In this document: positions 9,406 through 18,903 of the stretch, piece after piece
Layout of the letters: every line of letters starts with the position of its first letter
Numbering within the stretch: the first letter of the stretch is position 1
NCBI GenBank assembly: GCA_965215605.1
Contig: OZ244070.1
Location: 32,001 to 96,000 of the forward strand
Reading direction: 5' to 3'
DNA length: 64,000 bases
From: an uncultured Candidatus Binatia bacterium
GTDB lineage: Bacteria > Desulfobacterota > Binatia > UBA9968 > JAJDTQ01
Translations under genes and position numbers: made by a program
The notes under the pieces: model-generated
What the model was told of the DNA's origin: nothing
Database searches by the model: none
Seen by the model: only the letters and a program-made list of their open reading frames with translations

Positions 9406-10494
9406 TTACGGCGACGGCGAATAACCCTTGTCCAGCCACTCGCCCAGGTCCGCGCCGAACCACTCGGTAGGCAGCTCGCGGCCCAGGCCCCTCTTCTTGC
9501 ACTCCTCGTAGATCACTGCGCCGGCGGCGGCGAACTGGATGCCGACGCCCGTGTTGCTCTTGTAGTAGATGATCTCGTCGTCGTTCTTGCGCCCGGGGTT
9601 CTCGCCGATGAGCACCTGCCCCAGCTCGCAGATGTTGTCCCAGCTAATCTTTCCCTCGTCGATGAGATCGAGCATCTCCCGCTGCTGGTTGGTAAGCGAG
9701 GTCTGCCTGTTGTTGAGCACGATGAGATCGGCCCGGAGGAAGGTGGCGGCGTCGGCTTCGGTGCGGCGGTGCACGCCGTCGCTGTTGACGATGGTAGTGA
9801 CCAACTGACCGGGCACCAGCCAGTCGCCGTCGAACACCGGCGTGCTGGCGTTGGTGGCGCACATGACGATGTCCGCGCCCTCCACCACCGCCCTGGCGTT
9901 GTCCACCGGCCGCACCTGGATGTCCAGCTTGCCGGTCATCTCCATGGCGAACCGTTCCCGGTGCTCCTTCGTGACGCTGTAGACGCGCACCTCGCGCACG
10001 TCACGCACGGCGCAGATGGCAGCCAGGTTCTGCTCGGCCTCGTTGCCCGAGCCGAACAGCCCCACCACCCGGCTGTCCTCCCGGGACAGAGCGCGGGTGG
10101 CGACGCCGGTGGTGGCGCCGACGCGTATCGAAGACAGGCTGAAGTCGTGAATGATGGCCAGGGGCTGGGCGTCCTCGAGACTGAACAGCAGCACGAACCC
10201 CCAGCTTCGGCGCGCCGGGTACGGGTAGTCCATGCGCTTGAGCCCGTCGACAACGCGCTCCCGCACGACCATGGAGTCGTAGCGGAGCGCCGCCACCCCG
10301 GAGCTCGGCACCGCGCCGGGGATGATGTTGGCCATGTATCCGTCGGAATCGCGGTCCGGCGGTACCTTGTAGCGGGTGCGCGGCCTGTTGACGGCGATGC
10401 CCCGCGCCTCCTCGGCAAAGGCCCGCTCCATGTCGTCGATGATGTCCTCGACCCGAAGCACCTGCTTCACATCGGGATCGCTGATCAGCAGCAT
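9406..10494 (-). CDS. Ornithine cyclodeaminase/mu-crystallin family protein
   Basis: IRVGATTGVA, GLFGSGNEA, GRKNDDEIIYYKSNTGVGIQFAA. Confidence 0.85.
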   Translation of the reverse strand: MLLISDPDVKQVLRVEDIIDDMERAFAEEARGIAVNRPRTRYKVPPDRDSDGYMANIIPGAVPSSGVAALRYDSMVVRERVVDGLKRMDYPYPARRSWGFVLLFSLEDAQPLAIIHDFSLSSIRVGATTGVATRALSREDSRVVGLFGSGNEAEQNLAAICAVRDVREVRVYSVTKEHRERFAMEMTGKLDIQVRPVDNARAVVEGADIVMCATNASTPVFDGDWLVPGQLVTTIVNSDGVHRRTEADAATFLRADLIVLNNRQTSLTNQQREMLDLIDEGKISWDNICELGQVLIGENPGRKNDDEIIYYKSNTGVGIQFAAAGAVIYEECKKRGLGRELPTEWFGADLGEWLDKGYSPSP

Positions 10495-10726
10495 TGGCAA
10501 CTCCCCATTCGGCGCGCTCGACCCGCGGAAGCGTTCCGCCCGATTCGACGCCAGGCACCCCGCTGTCGAGCTTCCCAGTCCATGAAGAACAGTCCCTGTC
10601 TATCAGATCGGAGACACCGTGACGAGGATGCACCGCGGCGTTCGGCTTGCCCGCCGTCGCACCCCTCTGTTAGACTCGAATCGGTGACGCGGCCGTCATC
10701 GGGCCGCCACTCCGCACCGCAACCGC

Positions 10727-10802
10727 GAGCCGTTAGCTCAGCAGGTAGAGCATCTGCCTTTTAAGCAGAGGGTCGCCGGTTCGATCCCGGCACGGCTCAC
10801 CA
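10727..10802 (+). tRNA. tRNA-Lys (anticodon TTT)
   Basis: Cloverleaf: acceptor GAGCCGT/ACGGCTC, D arm GCTC/GAGC, anticodon stem TCTGC/GCAGA with loop CTTTTAA, T arm GCCGG-TTCGATC-CCGGC, encoded CCA; 76 nt. Confidence 0.97.
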
Positions 10803-10886
10803 ACCATTTTATGACCCAGACCGATCGTAGAACGTCCACAAGCCGGATGATTCCTGCACCGTGGAAAGGAATCGTGCCGTTTATGG

Positions 10887-10922
10887 TTGTGCTGATTGTA
10901 AATCACTTTTACAATTAGCACA
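10887..10922 (+). promoter_or_regulatory. Putative sigma70 leaderless promoter covered by a 15-bp inverted repeat
   Basis: TTGTGC(10887-92)-N17-TACAAT(10910-15)-N6-ATG. Arms TGTGCTGATTGTAAA / TTTACAATTAGCACA (1 mismatch). Confidence 0.6.
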
Positions 10923-12085
10923 TGTTGATTGAGCGTTCAGTCACGCGTGCCGTCATTGACGATCTCGGCCACTTCCCTGCCGTGGCCATCCTGGGGCCAA
11001 GACAGGCGGGGAAGACGACGCTGGCCAAGTCGGTCATCAAGTCGTATCCCAACGCGCGATACCTCGACCTGGAACGGCCATCCCACCTGGCGCAGTTGCA
11101 GGACGCCGAAGCACTCCTCTCCCTTCACCGCGACAAGCTGGTGTGCATCGACGAGGTGCAGATGAGGCCGGACCTGTTCCCGCTGTTGCGCGCCTTGATC
11201 GACGACCACCCGGTGCCCGGACGGTTCCTGATCCTCGGCTCGTCATCTCCCGATCTGTTGCGGCAATCATCGGAAACCCTCGCAGGCCGGCTGTCCTACG
11301 TGTACATCACGCCGTTTCTCCAGCAGGAACTGCTCCGGGCGGAGGGGGAACCGAAGGACTGGCGTACCATGCTTTGGCGCGGCGGTTTTCCGAAGAGTTT
11401 TCTGGCATCCACGGATGCGCGCAGTTTCCGCTGGCGCGAGAGCTACATTGAAGGGTTCGTCGAACGGGACCTGCGCCGGTTCGGCGTCGAGCTGAACCCG
11501 CAGTACATGCGCCGGCTGTGGCTGATGTGCTGCCACCTGCACGGGCAGATCATGAACTACTCCGCCCTCGGGCAATCCCTGGACGTGACCCACCCCACTT
11601 TGAAGCGGCACATCGACGTATTCGAGGCCGCGTTCATGATGCGCCGGCTGCCTCCGTTCGCGGTCAACACGAAGAAACGTCTGGTCAAGTCCCCCAAGCT
11701 ATACGTCCGGGACTCCGGCTTGCTCACCTCCCTGCTGGATCTGGACAGCTTCGACAAGTTGTACGGACATCCCGCCTACGGCGCTTCCTGGGAGGGCTTC
11801 GCCGTGGAGAACATCCTGGCCACGCTGCAGCCGCGGGGGATGTACGGCTTTTTCAGGACCCGCGCCGGCGAGGAGATCGATCTGGTCGTAGAGCTACAGG
11901 GAAAGCGCCTGGGGTTCGAGTTCAAGACGTCATCGAGCCCCAGGCTCACGCCCGGCAACCGGGCGGCCGCCGGGATACTGGACCTGGACAAGCTGTTTAT
12001 CGTCGTTCCCCAAGGGAGCGCGTACCCGATCGAAGCCGACCGGGTCTGGGTAACGCCCCTCGAGGAGATCGACAGACATCTCTAG
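10922..12085 (+). CDS. AAA_14 ATPase with DUF4143 (wHTH plus PD-(D/E)xK-like C-terminus)
   Basis: GPRQAGKTT, IDEVQ, ILGSS, SETLAGR, RGGFP, KSPKLYVRDSG, EIDLVVE...GFEFK. Confidence 0.9.
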   Translation: MLIERSVTRAVIDDLGHFPAVAILGPRQAGKTTLAKSVIKSYPNARYLDLERPSHLAQLQDAEALLSLHRDKLVCIDEVQMRPDLFPLLRALIDDHPVPGRFLILGSSSPDLLRQSSETLAGRLSYVYITPFLQQELLRAEGEPKDWRTMLWRGGFPKSFLASTDARSFRWRESYIEGFVERDLRRFGVELNPQYMRRLWLMCCHLHGQIMNYSALGQSLDVTHPTLKRHIDVFEAAFMMRRLPPFAVNTKKRLVKSPKLYVRDSGLLTSLLDLDSFDKLYGHPAYGASWEGFAVENILATLQPRGMYGFFRTRAGEEIDLVVELQGKRLGFEFKTSSSPRLTPGNRAAAGILDLDKLFIVVPQGSAYPIEADRVWVTPLEEIDRHL

Positions 12086-12098
12086 CCGGCGTTTCCGA

Positions 12099-12536
12099 TC
12101 AGCTCAGCGTCCACTCCTGCCCATCGATGGTCTCGCCGTCGACGCACACGTAGTCCATCTCGTCTTCCGTGCGGGGATTTTCCCCGGTGGCGTCGACTCG
12201 CCGGACGTCCTTTCGCTCCGCTTTGTAGGCGGCGAAGCGCAGCAACGCCAGGGCCGTGTCGCCGGTGCTCTCGAACTGGTAGTAGTGGCCTTCCGGCAGA
12301 AGGATGCCGTCGCCCTTCCCCAGCACCGTGGCGTTCTGGTCCTTGTCGAAGAAGGTCGCCTCGCCGTCCAGCACCACGAACATGTGGTCCTCGCCGGGGT
12401 GGGTGTGCAGCTTGTTCTTGCGGCCGGGCGCGTAGTAGTTGAGGCCGCTCATGAGCACGTCGGTCCGCACCAGCGGCATGTGGCTGCGGCCGCCGGTGAT
12501 GCAGGGCGTCTTGACGGTAAAGGTTTGGGCTCCCAT
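12099..12536 (-). CDS. Cupin-domain protein
   Basis: LHTHPGEDHMFVVLDGE cupin motif; AGGAGG RBS. Confidence 0.75.
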   Translation of the reverse strand: MGAQTFTVKTPCITGGRSHMPLVRTDVLMSGLNYYAPGRKNKLHTHPGEDHMFVVLDGEATFFDKDQNATVLGKGDGILLPEGHYYQFESTGDTALALLRFAAYKAERKDVRRVDATGENPRTEDEMDYVCVDGETIDGQEWTLS

Positions 12537-12638
12537 GTTTCACCTCCTTGGGGACGGTTGATGCTCCGCGGGTTTCGTTTAGTCGCCTATCCCCTATTCG
12601 GTTAGAAATTTCAAGGTCCATTGGCTAGGATGATCCGC

Positions 12639-13280
12639 ATGGATGCGACCCACGTCATCGTGGTGCGGCACGGGGAGACCCACTGGAACACAGAGGGCCG
12701 GCGGCAGGGCCACCTGGACAGCACCCTCACGGAAAAGGGGCGCGCCCAGGCGGAAGCGCTGTCCGAGCGGTTCACACCCGACAGTTGCAGCGCCATCTAC
12801 AGCAGCGACCTCGGCCGGGCGTACGAGACCGCCAGGATCATCGCGGAGAAGACCGGGCACGAGGTGGTCCCGGACGAGCGCCTGCGCGAGCGGAACTTGG
12901 GCATCTTCCAGGGGCTCAACGGCGACGAGATCCGCGAGCGTTTCCCGGCGGAGTACGAAGAGCATCGCAACGGCGGCGCCGACCACGCGGTGCCCTCGGG
13001 AGAGAGTTTCCGGGAACAGACGACGCGGAACATGCTGTGCCTGGAAGAGCTGGTCCGGCGGCATGCCGGAGAGACCATCATGGCGGTCACCCACGGCGGC
13101 GTCCTGAGCGCGCTGTTCCGGCAAACCCTCGCCATCCCCCTGGACGCGCCCCGGCGTTTCTCGTTCAAGAACGCCAGCATCAACCTCTTCAAGTGCCAGG
13201 ACGGGGTCTGGGGGCTGGAAACCTGGGGCGACATCGCTCATCTGCAGCAACTGGGCGCCCTCGACCTGTCCTATTTCTAA
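12639..13280 (+). CDS. Histidine phosphatase (phosphoglycerate mutase family)
   Basis: VRHGETHWN, SSDLGRA, LRERNLG, VTHGG. Confidence 0.9.
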   Translation: MDATHVIVVRHGETHWNTEGRRQGHLDSTLTEKGRAQAEALSERFTPDSCSAIYSSDLGRAYETARIIAEKTGHEVVPDERLRERNLGIFQGLNGDEIRERFPAEYEEHRNGGADHAVPSGESFREQTTRNMLCLEELVRRHAGETIMAVTHGGVLSALFRQTLAIPLDAPRRFSFKNASINLFKCQDGVWGLETWGDIAHLQQLGALDLSYF

Positions 13281-13351
13281 TCGCAAACGCGCAAGATTGA
13301 CACGCCTACCGTCATCGGATACTTGCGTTACTGGCACGGGAAAACGACGAC

Positions 13352-14233
13352 ATGGACGAAGAAAGATCGGCAGGAGCCAGGTTCCGGCGCGCCGTGCGGG
13401 AGGAACGCCCACTCCAGATCGTCGGCGCCATCAACGCCTACTGCGCGCTGCTGGCGCAGCGGCAGGGCTTCCGCGCCCTCTACCTGTCCGGCGCGGGAGT
13501 CGCCAACGCCTCCTTCGCCCAGCCCGACCTCGGCATCACCACCCTTAACGACGTACTCGAAGACGTTCGCCGCCTCACCGCGGCGAGCCCGCTGCCGCTG
13601 CTGGTGGACATCGACACCGGCTGGGGCACGGCCTTCAACATCTCCCGCACCATACGCGAGATGATCCGGGGCGGGGCGGCCGCGGTCCACATGGAGGACC
13701 AAGTCCAGGCCAAGCGCTGCGGCCACCGGCCCAACAAGCAGATCGTCTCCACCGACGAGATGGCGGACCGCATCAAGGCGGCGGCCGACGGGCGCACCGA
13801 CGACCAGTTCGTGATCATGGCCCGCACCGACGCCTTCGCCAGCGAGGGGCTGGACGCCGCCCTGGAACGGGCGCGGCGCTACGTCGAGGCGGGAGCGGAC
13901 ATGATCTTCCCCGAAGCGGTGCACACGCTGGAGGACTACCGCGCCTTTTGCGGAAGCGCGGAGGTGCCGGTGCTGGCCAACCTCACCGAGTTCGGCAAGA
14001 CCCCGCTGTTCGGCGTGGACGAGTTGCGGGAGGCCGGAGTGGGCATGGTGCTCTATCCGCTGTCGGCGTTCCGTGCCATGAGCCAAACCGCCATGGCCGT
14101 CTACCGCACGATTCGCGAGGACGGCACCCAGAGCGGCGTGACCGACCGGATGCAGACCCGGGACCAGCTCTACGAGGTCCTCGGCTACCACGACTACGAG
14201 CAGAAGCTGGACGCGCTGTTCAGCAAGGAATAG
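13352..14233 (+). CDS. prpB: Methylisocitrate lyase
   Basis: [31 protein letters not shown]. Confidence 0.93.
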   Translation: MDEERSAGARFRRAVREERPLQIVGAINAYCALLAQRQGFRALYLSGAGVANASFAQPDLGITTLNDVLEDVRRLTAASPLPLLVDIDTGWGTAFNISRTIREMIRGGAAAVHMEDQVQAKRCGHRPNKQIVSTDEMADRIKAAADGRTDDQFVIMARTDAFASEGLDAALERARRYVEAGADMIFPEAVHTLEDYRAFCGSAEVPVLANLTEFGKTPLFGVDELREAGVGMVLYPLSAFRAMSQTAMAVYRTIREDGTQSGVTDRMQTRDQLYEVLGYHDYEQKLDALFSKE

Positions 14234-14252
14234 GGTCCGACCCGCCCTCGCC

Positions 14253-15704
14253 ATGACCGACTCCTCCGTGCGCGACGCCCAGCGACCCCAACCCGATGCG
14301 GTCCTCTCCGACATGGCCGCCTACGCCCTTTCCGGCGGACCGTTCCCGGACGAGGCGCGGGAGACCGCGCGCCTGTGCCTCATGGACAGCCTGGGCTGCG
14401 CGCTGGCGGCGCTGGAGTTCCCCGCGTGCACCAAGCTGCTGGGGCCGGTGGTGCCCGGCGCGGTCATGCCCGGGGGCGTGCGGGTGCCCGGCACCGCCTA
14501 CGAGCTCGACCCGGTGCAGGCCGCCTTCAACATCGGCGCCATGATCCGCTGGCTCGACTTCAACGACACCTTCCTGGCGGCGGAATGGGGACACCCTTCC
14601 GACAACCTGGGGGCCATCCTGGCAGTAGCGGACTACATCGACCGGCGCGCGGGCGGCGGCGTCACCATGGGCGACGTGCTGACGGCCATGATCAAGGCCC
14701 ACGAGATCCAGGGCGTCATCGCCTTGGAGAACAGCTTCAACCGCGTGGGGCTGGACCACGTGCTGCTGGTGCGGGTGGCCAGCACCGCGGTGGCGGCGGC
14801 CATGCTCGGCGGCGACCATGATCAGGTGGTGAACGCCCTGTCCAACGCCTGGATCGACGGCGGCGCCCTGCGCACCTACCGGCACGCGCCCAACACCGGA
14901 TCGCGCAAGAGCTGGGCCGCCGGCGACGCCGCCGGCCGCGCCGTGCGGCTGGCGCTGATGGCGCTGCAGGGAGAGATGGGCTATCCCTCGGCCCTCTCGG
15001 CCAAGGGCTGGGGCTACTACGACGTGCTCTTCAAGGGCCGCCCGTTCTCGTTCAGCCAGCCCTACGGCAGCTACGTGATGGAGAATGTGCTGTTCAAGAT
15101 CTCCTTTCCCGCGGAGTTCCACGCCCAGACCGCGGTGGAGGCGGCGCTGGAGCTGCACGGCGCGGTAAAGGACCGGCTCGGGGACGTGGAGCGCATCGTC
15201 GTCGAGACCCAGGAGGCCGGCTCCCGGATCATCGACAAGACCGGACCGCTGGACAACCCCGCGGACCGGGACCACTGCATCCAGTACATGGTGGCGGTGC
15301 CGCTGATTCACGGCCGGCTCACCGCGCAGGACTACGAGGACGAGGTCGCCCGGGACCCACGCATCGACGCGCTGCGGGACAGGATGGAGGTGCGGGAGAA
15401 CCCCGGGTTCACCGTGGACTACATGGACCCGGACAAGCGCGCCATCGGCAACGCGGTCCAGGTCCACTTCAAGGACGGCACCGCCAGCGCGCGCGTCGAG
15501 GTGCCCTACCCCATCGGCCACCGGCGGCGGCGGAGCGAGGGCGTGCCGCTGCTGCAGGAGAAGTTCGGGCGCCACTTGGCGGCGCATCTGACGCGGGAAC
15601 AGTGCGACACGATCCTCGAGGCGTGCGCTTCCCGGGACACGCTGGAGCCGATGCGGGTCGGCGCCTTCATGGACGCCTGGGTGGTGACGGGCGGAGACCG
15701 ATGA
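14253..15704 (+). CDS. prpD: 2-methylcitrate dehydratase
   Basis: [55 protein letters not shown]; adjacent to prpB. Confidence 0.93.
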   Translation: MTDSSVRDAQRPQPDAVLSDMAAYALSGGPFPDEARETARLCLMDSLGCALAALEFPACTKLLGPVVPGAVMPGGVRVPGTAYELDPVQAAFNIGAMIRWLDFNDTFLAAEWGHPSDNLGAILAVADYIDRRAGGGVTMGDVLTAMIKAHEIQGVIALENSFNRVGLDHVLLVRVASTAVAAAMLGGDHDQVVNALSNAWIDGGALRTYRHAPNTGSRKSWAAGDAAGRAVRLALMALQGEMGYPSALSAKGWGYYDVLFKGRPFSFSQPYGSYVMENVLFKISFPAEFHAQTAVEAALELHGAVKDRLGDVERIVVETQEAGSRIIDKTGPLDNPADRDHCIQYMVAVPLIHGRLTAQDYEDEVARDPRIDALRDRMEVRENPGFTVDYMDPDKRAIGNAVQVHFKDGTASARVEVPYPIGHRRRRSEGVPLLQEKFGRHLAAHLTREQCDTILEACASRDTLEPMRVGAFMDAWVVTGGDR

Positions 15705-15810
15705 CGACCGCGACACCTGGACCCGTTGCGGGCGAGAAATGGGCGCACCCTCCGTCACTCCCGCATCCTCCCCGTCATTCCGGCCTTTCTCGTCACAAGG
15801 AGCGGTTCGA

Positions 15811-16611
15811 ATGAGGTTGTGCAGATTTCAACACGACGGCAAGACGGGCTTCGGTATCATCGATGACGGGGACACCGTAACCGTGATCGGGGGCAGCCCC
15901 TTCGAGAACTACACCGTCACCGGCGAGACCCATGCCCTGAGCGAGGTCAAGCTGCTGGCGCCCATGGTCCCGCCCACCTTTTACGCCGCGGGGGTCAACT
16001 ACCGGGAGCACGTCACCTTTGCCGCGAAGATACGCGGTGAGGAGCCCGTGTTTCCCCCCAAGCCGGACGTAGGCTACCGCGCGGTCAACGCGCTGGCGGC
16101 CCACGAAGACGCCATCGTCATTCCTCGTGACGCCTCGGAGCTGGTGCAGTACGAGGGCGAGCTGGTGGCGGTCATCGGCCGGAAGTGCCGGGACGTGCCG
16201 GAGGACGAGGCGCTGGACTACGTGTTCGGCTACACCATCGGCAACGACGTGAGCGAGCGAGCATGGCAGAAGTCGGACCGCACCCTGTGGCGCGCCAAGA
16301 ACACCGACACCTTCAAGCCCATGGGTCCGTGGATCGTCACCGACCTCGATCCCGACGACCTCCACGTCACCATCACGTTGAACGAGCGGGTGGTGGGCGA
16401 GTACGACGTCCGGGACGCCATCTTCGGCGTCGCCCGCTACATCAGCGCCATGAGCCGATACCTGACCCTGGTGCCGGGAGACGTGCTTTGGATGGGCACG
16501 GACGGGGCCACCGAGAACATGAAGGACGGCGATGTGGTGGCCGTCGAGGTCAGCGACATCGGCACGCTGCGCAATCCGGTGGTGCGGGAGAAGGACCCCG
16601 CGGTCTCCTGA
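15811..16611 (+). CDS. Fumarylacetoacetate hydrolase family protein
   Basis: YEGELVAVIG, GYTIGNDVSER, KNTDTFKPMGP; AAGGAG RBS. Confidence 0.9.
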   Translation: MRLCRFQHDGKTGFGIIDDGDTVTVIGGSPFENYTVTGETHALSEVKLLAPMVPPTFYAAGVNYREHVTFAAKIRGEEPVFPPKPDVGYRAVNALAAHEDAIVIPRDASELVQYEGELVAVIGRKCRDVPEDEALDYVFGYTIGNDVSERAWQKSDRTLWRAKNTDTFKPMGPWIVTDLDPDDLHVTITLNERVVGEYDVRDAIFGVARYISAMSRYLTLVPGDVLWMGTDGATENMKDGDVVAVEVSDIGTLRNPVVREKDPAVS

Positions 16612-16671
16612 AGCGCGACCTGGACCAGGGGCGCGGCCCTCGGCCGCCCGGCGCGGTCCGTCCCTGAAGCC

Positions 16672-17385
16672 ATGTCCGAACTCTTCCTCATCCTCGTGAC
16701 CTTCGTCGCCTCCACCACCGCCGCGGTGGTGGGCCTCGGCGGCGGCATCCTGCTCATCTCGGTGATGCCGGGGCTGATTCCGACCTTCGCCATCATCCCG
16801 GTGCACGGGATGGTGCAGATCTTCAGCAACCTCACCCGCACGCTGTTCGGGCTGCGCCACGTGGTGTGGACGCTGTTCGCGCCCTTCGTGGCAGGCGCGG
16901 TGCTGGGGGCCGCCGCGGGCTCGATGCTGCTGGTGGACATCAGCTCCGACTACCTGCCGGCGATCATCGGCTGCTTCATTCTTCTGATTACGTGGACGCC
17001 GACCGTCCAGAGCGTGCCGCAGATACCCGGCAAATTCGGCATCGTCGGCGCGGTGCAGACCTTCCTGTCGCTGTTCGTGGGCGTTGTCGGCCCCCTGAAC
17101 ATGCCCTTCCTGATCCGTGAGGGGCTGTCCCGGGACCGTCTGGTGATCACGCACTCCACCCAGATGACCGCGGTGCACATCATCAAGGTGTCGACTTTCT
17201 TCTTGCTTGGATTCGCCTTTGCACCGTACCTTTACCTGATGGCGGGCATGATCCTGAGCGCGACCCTGGGCTCCTGGGTCGGCACCCGCTGGCGCGCCCG
17301 GGTCCCGGAGGCCCTGTTCCGCAAGATCCTCAAATGGGTCGTCACGCTGCTGGCGCTGCGGATGATCGTGGGCGTGGGGCTATAG
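16672..17385 (+). CDS. TSUP (TauE/SafE) family transporter
   Basis: Hydrophobic 237 aa with GLGGG in the first TM segment. Confidence 0.8.
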   Translation: MSELFLILVTFVASTTAAVVGLGGGILLISVMPGLIPTFAIIPVHGMVQIFSNLTRTLFGLRHVVWTLFAPFVAGAVLGAAAGSMLLVDISSDYLPAIIGCFILLITWTPTVQSVPQIPGKFGIVGAVQTFLSLFVGVVGPLNMPFLIREGLSRDRLVITHSTQMTAVHIIKVSTFFLLGFAFAPYLYLMAGMILSATLGSWVGTRWRARVPEALFRKILKWVVTLLALRMIVGVGL

Positions 17386-17415
17386 GCCGCACACGGAAGG
17401 AGGCGCTGAAGAGCC

Positions 17416-18804
17416 ATGACCAAGGAACGTATCAAGGACCTCATCGACGGCGGCGCCGCGGACGCGGACGTAACCGTGGAGGGATGGCTGCGGACCGTGC
17501 GCCACAGCAAGAACGTGTCTTTCCTCGACCTCTCCGACGGCTCGTGCATGTCCGGCATCCAGGCGGTGGCGGCGCCGGAGCTGGCCAACTACGAGGCCGA
17601 GATCCGCAAGCTCACCACCGGCTGCTGCGTGCGCGTGGCCGGCCGGCTAGTGGAGTCGCCGGGCCAGGGGCAGCGCTACGAGATCCAGGCGCGGCAGGTG
17701 GAGGTGGTGGGCCACTCGGACGAGGATTATCCGCTCCAGAAGAAGCGCCACAGCTTCGAGTTCCTGCGCACCCTCGGGCACCTGCGCATGCGCACCAACA
17801 CCTTCGGCGCGGTGATGCGGGTGCGGAACGCCGCCGCCCGGGCCATCCACGACTTCTTTCAGCGGCGGAGTTTCATCCACCTTCACGCTCCCATCATCAC
17901 GCTTTCCGACTGCGAGGGCGCCGGCGAGATGTTCCGGGTGTCCGCGCTGGACCCCGACCAGGCGCCGCGCACGGAATCCGGCGGCGTGGACTACTCCCAG
18001 GACTTCTTCGGCAAGGAGGCCCGGCTCACGGTGTCGGGACAGCTCGAGGCCGAGATCGCCGCCCTCGCCCTGACCAACGTCTACACCTTCGGACCCACCT
18101 TCCGGTCGGAGAACTCCAACACCAGCCGGCATCTGGCGGAGTTCTGGATGGTGGAGCCGGAAATGGCCTTCTGCGACATCCAGGGAAACATGGACCTGGC
18201 CGAGGCGTTCCTGAAGGAGATCACCAGAGACGTGCTGGCGAGCTGTCCCGACGACATGGCGTTCTTCAACGAGCGCATCGACAAGACCGTGCTGGAGACC
18301 CTCGCCCACATCGTGGAGCAGCCCTTCGAGCGCATGACCTATACCGAGGCGGTGGACATCCTCCAGCGTTCCGGCCGCTCCTTCGAGTACCCGGTGTCGT
18401 GGGGCGTCAACCTCCAGAGCGAGCACGAGCGCTACATCGTGGAAGAGCACGTGGGGCGGCCGGTCATCGTCATCGACTATCCCAGGGAGATCAAGGCGTT
18501 CTACATGTACCTCAACGACGACGAGCGCACCGTGGCGGCCATGGACGTGCTGGTGCCCAAGATCGGCGAGATCATCGGCGGCTCCCAGCGGGAGCACCGC
18601 CTGACGCAGCTCCGGCAGCGGATCCGCGAGTGCGACCTGCCGGAAGAGGAATACTGGTGGTACCTGGAGCTGCGGCGTTACGGCTCGGCACCCCACGCGG
18701 GCTTCGGCCTGGGCTTCGAGCGTCTGGTCCAGTTCATGACCGGCATGGGCAACATCCGCGACGTCATTCCCTTCCCCCGTGTCCCCGGATTCGCGGAGTT
18801 CTGA
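17416..18804 (+). CDS. asnS: Asparagine--tRNA ligase
   Basis: [57 protein letters not shown]. Confidence 0.96.
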   Translation: MTKERIKDLIDGGAADADVTVEGWLRTVRHSKNVSFLDLSDGSCMSGIQAVAAPELANYEAEIRKLTTGCCVRVAGRLVESPGQGQRYEIQARQVEVVGHSDEDYPLQKKRHSFEFLRTLGHLRMRTNTFGAVMRVRNAAARAIHDFFQRRSFIHLHAPIITLSDCEGAGEMFRVSALDPDQAPRTESGGVDYSQDFFGKEARLTVSGQLEAEIAALALTNVYTFGPTFRSENSNTSRHLAEFWMVEPEMAFCDIQGNMDLAEAFLKEITRDVLASCPDDMAFFNERIDKTVLETLAHIVEQPFERMTYTEAVDILQRSGRSFEYPVSWGVNLQSEHERYIVEEHVGRPVIVIDYPREIKAFYMYLNDDERTVAAMDVLVPKIGEIIGGSQREHRLTQLRQRIRECDLPEEEYWWYLELRRYGSAPHAGFGLGFERLVQFMTGMGNIRDVIPFPRVPGFAEF

Positions 18805-18903
18805 GCCCGCGCCAACTACGCAGCCGGCGGCAGATTTGCGGCCCCCACGGCCCCTTGATATGCTCGACCTTTCCGACCACAACCCCAACCCGGAGGCTCC
18901 CGC

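Noticed and set aside
10727-12100. Integrative element at tRNA-Lys
   Set aside because: No integrase, and no duplicated tRNA 3' end (att site) was found by eye.
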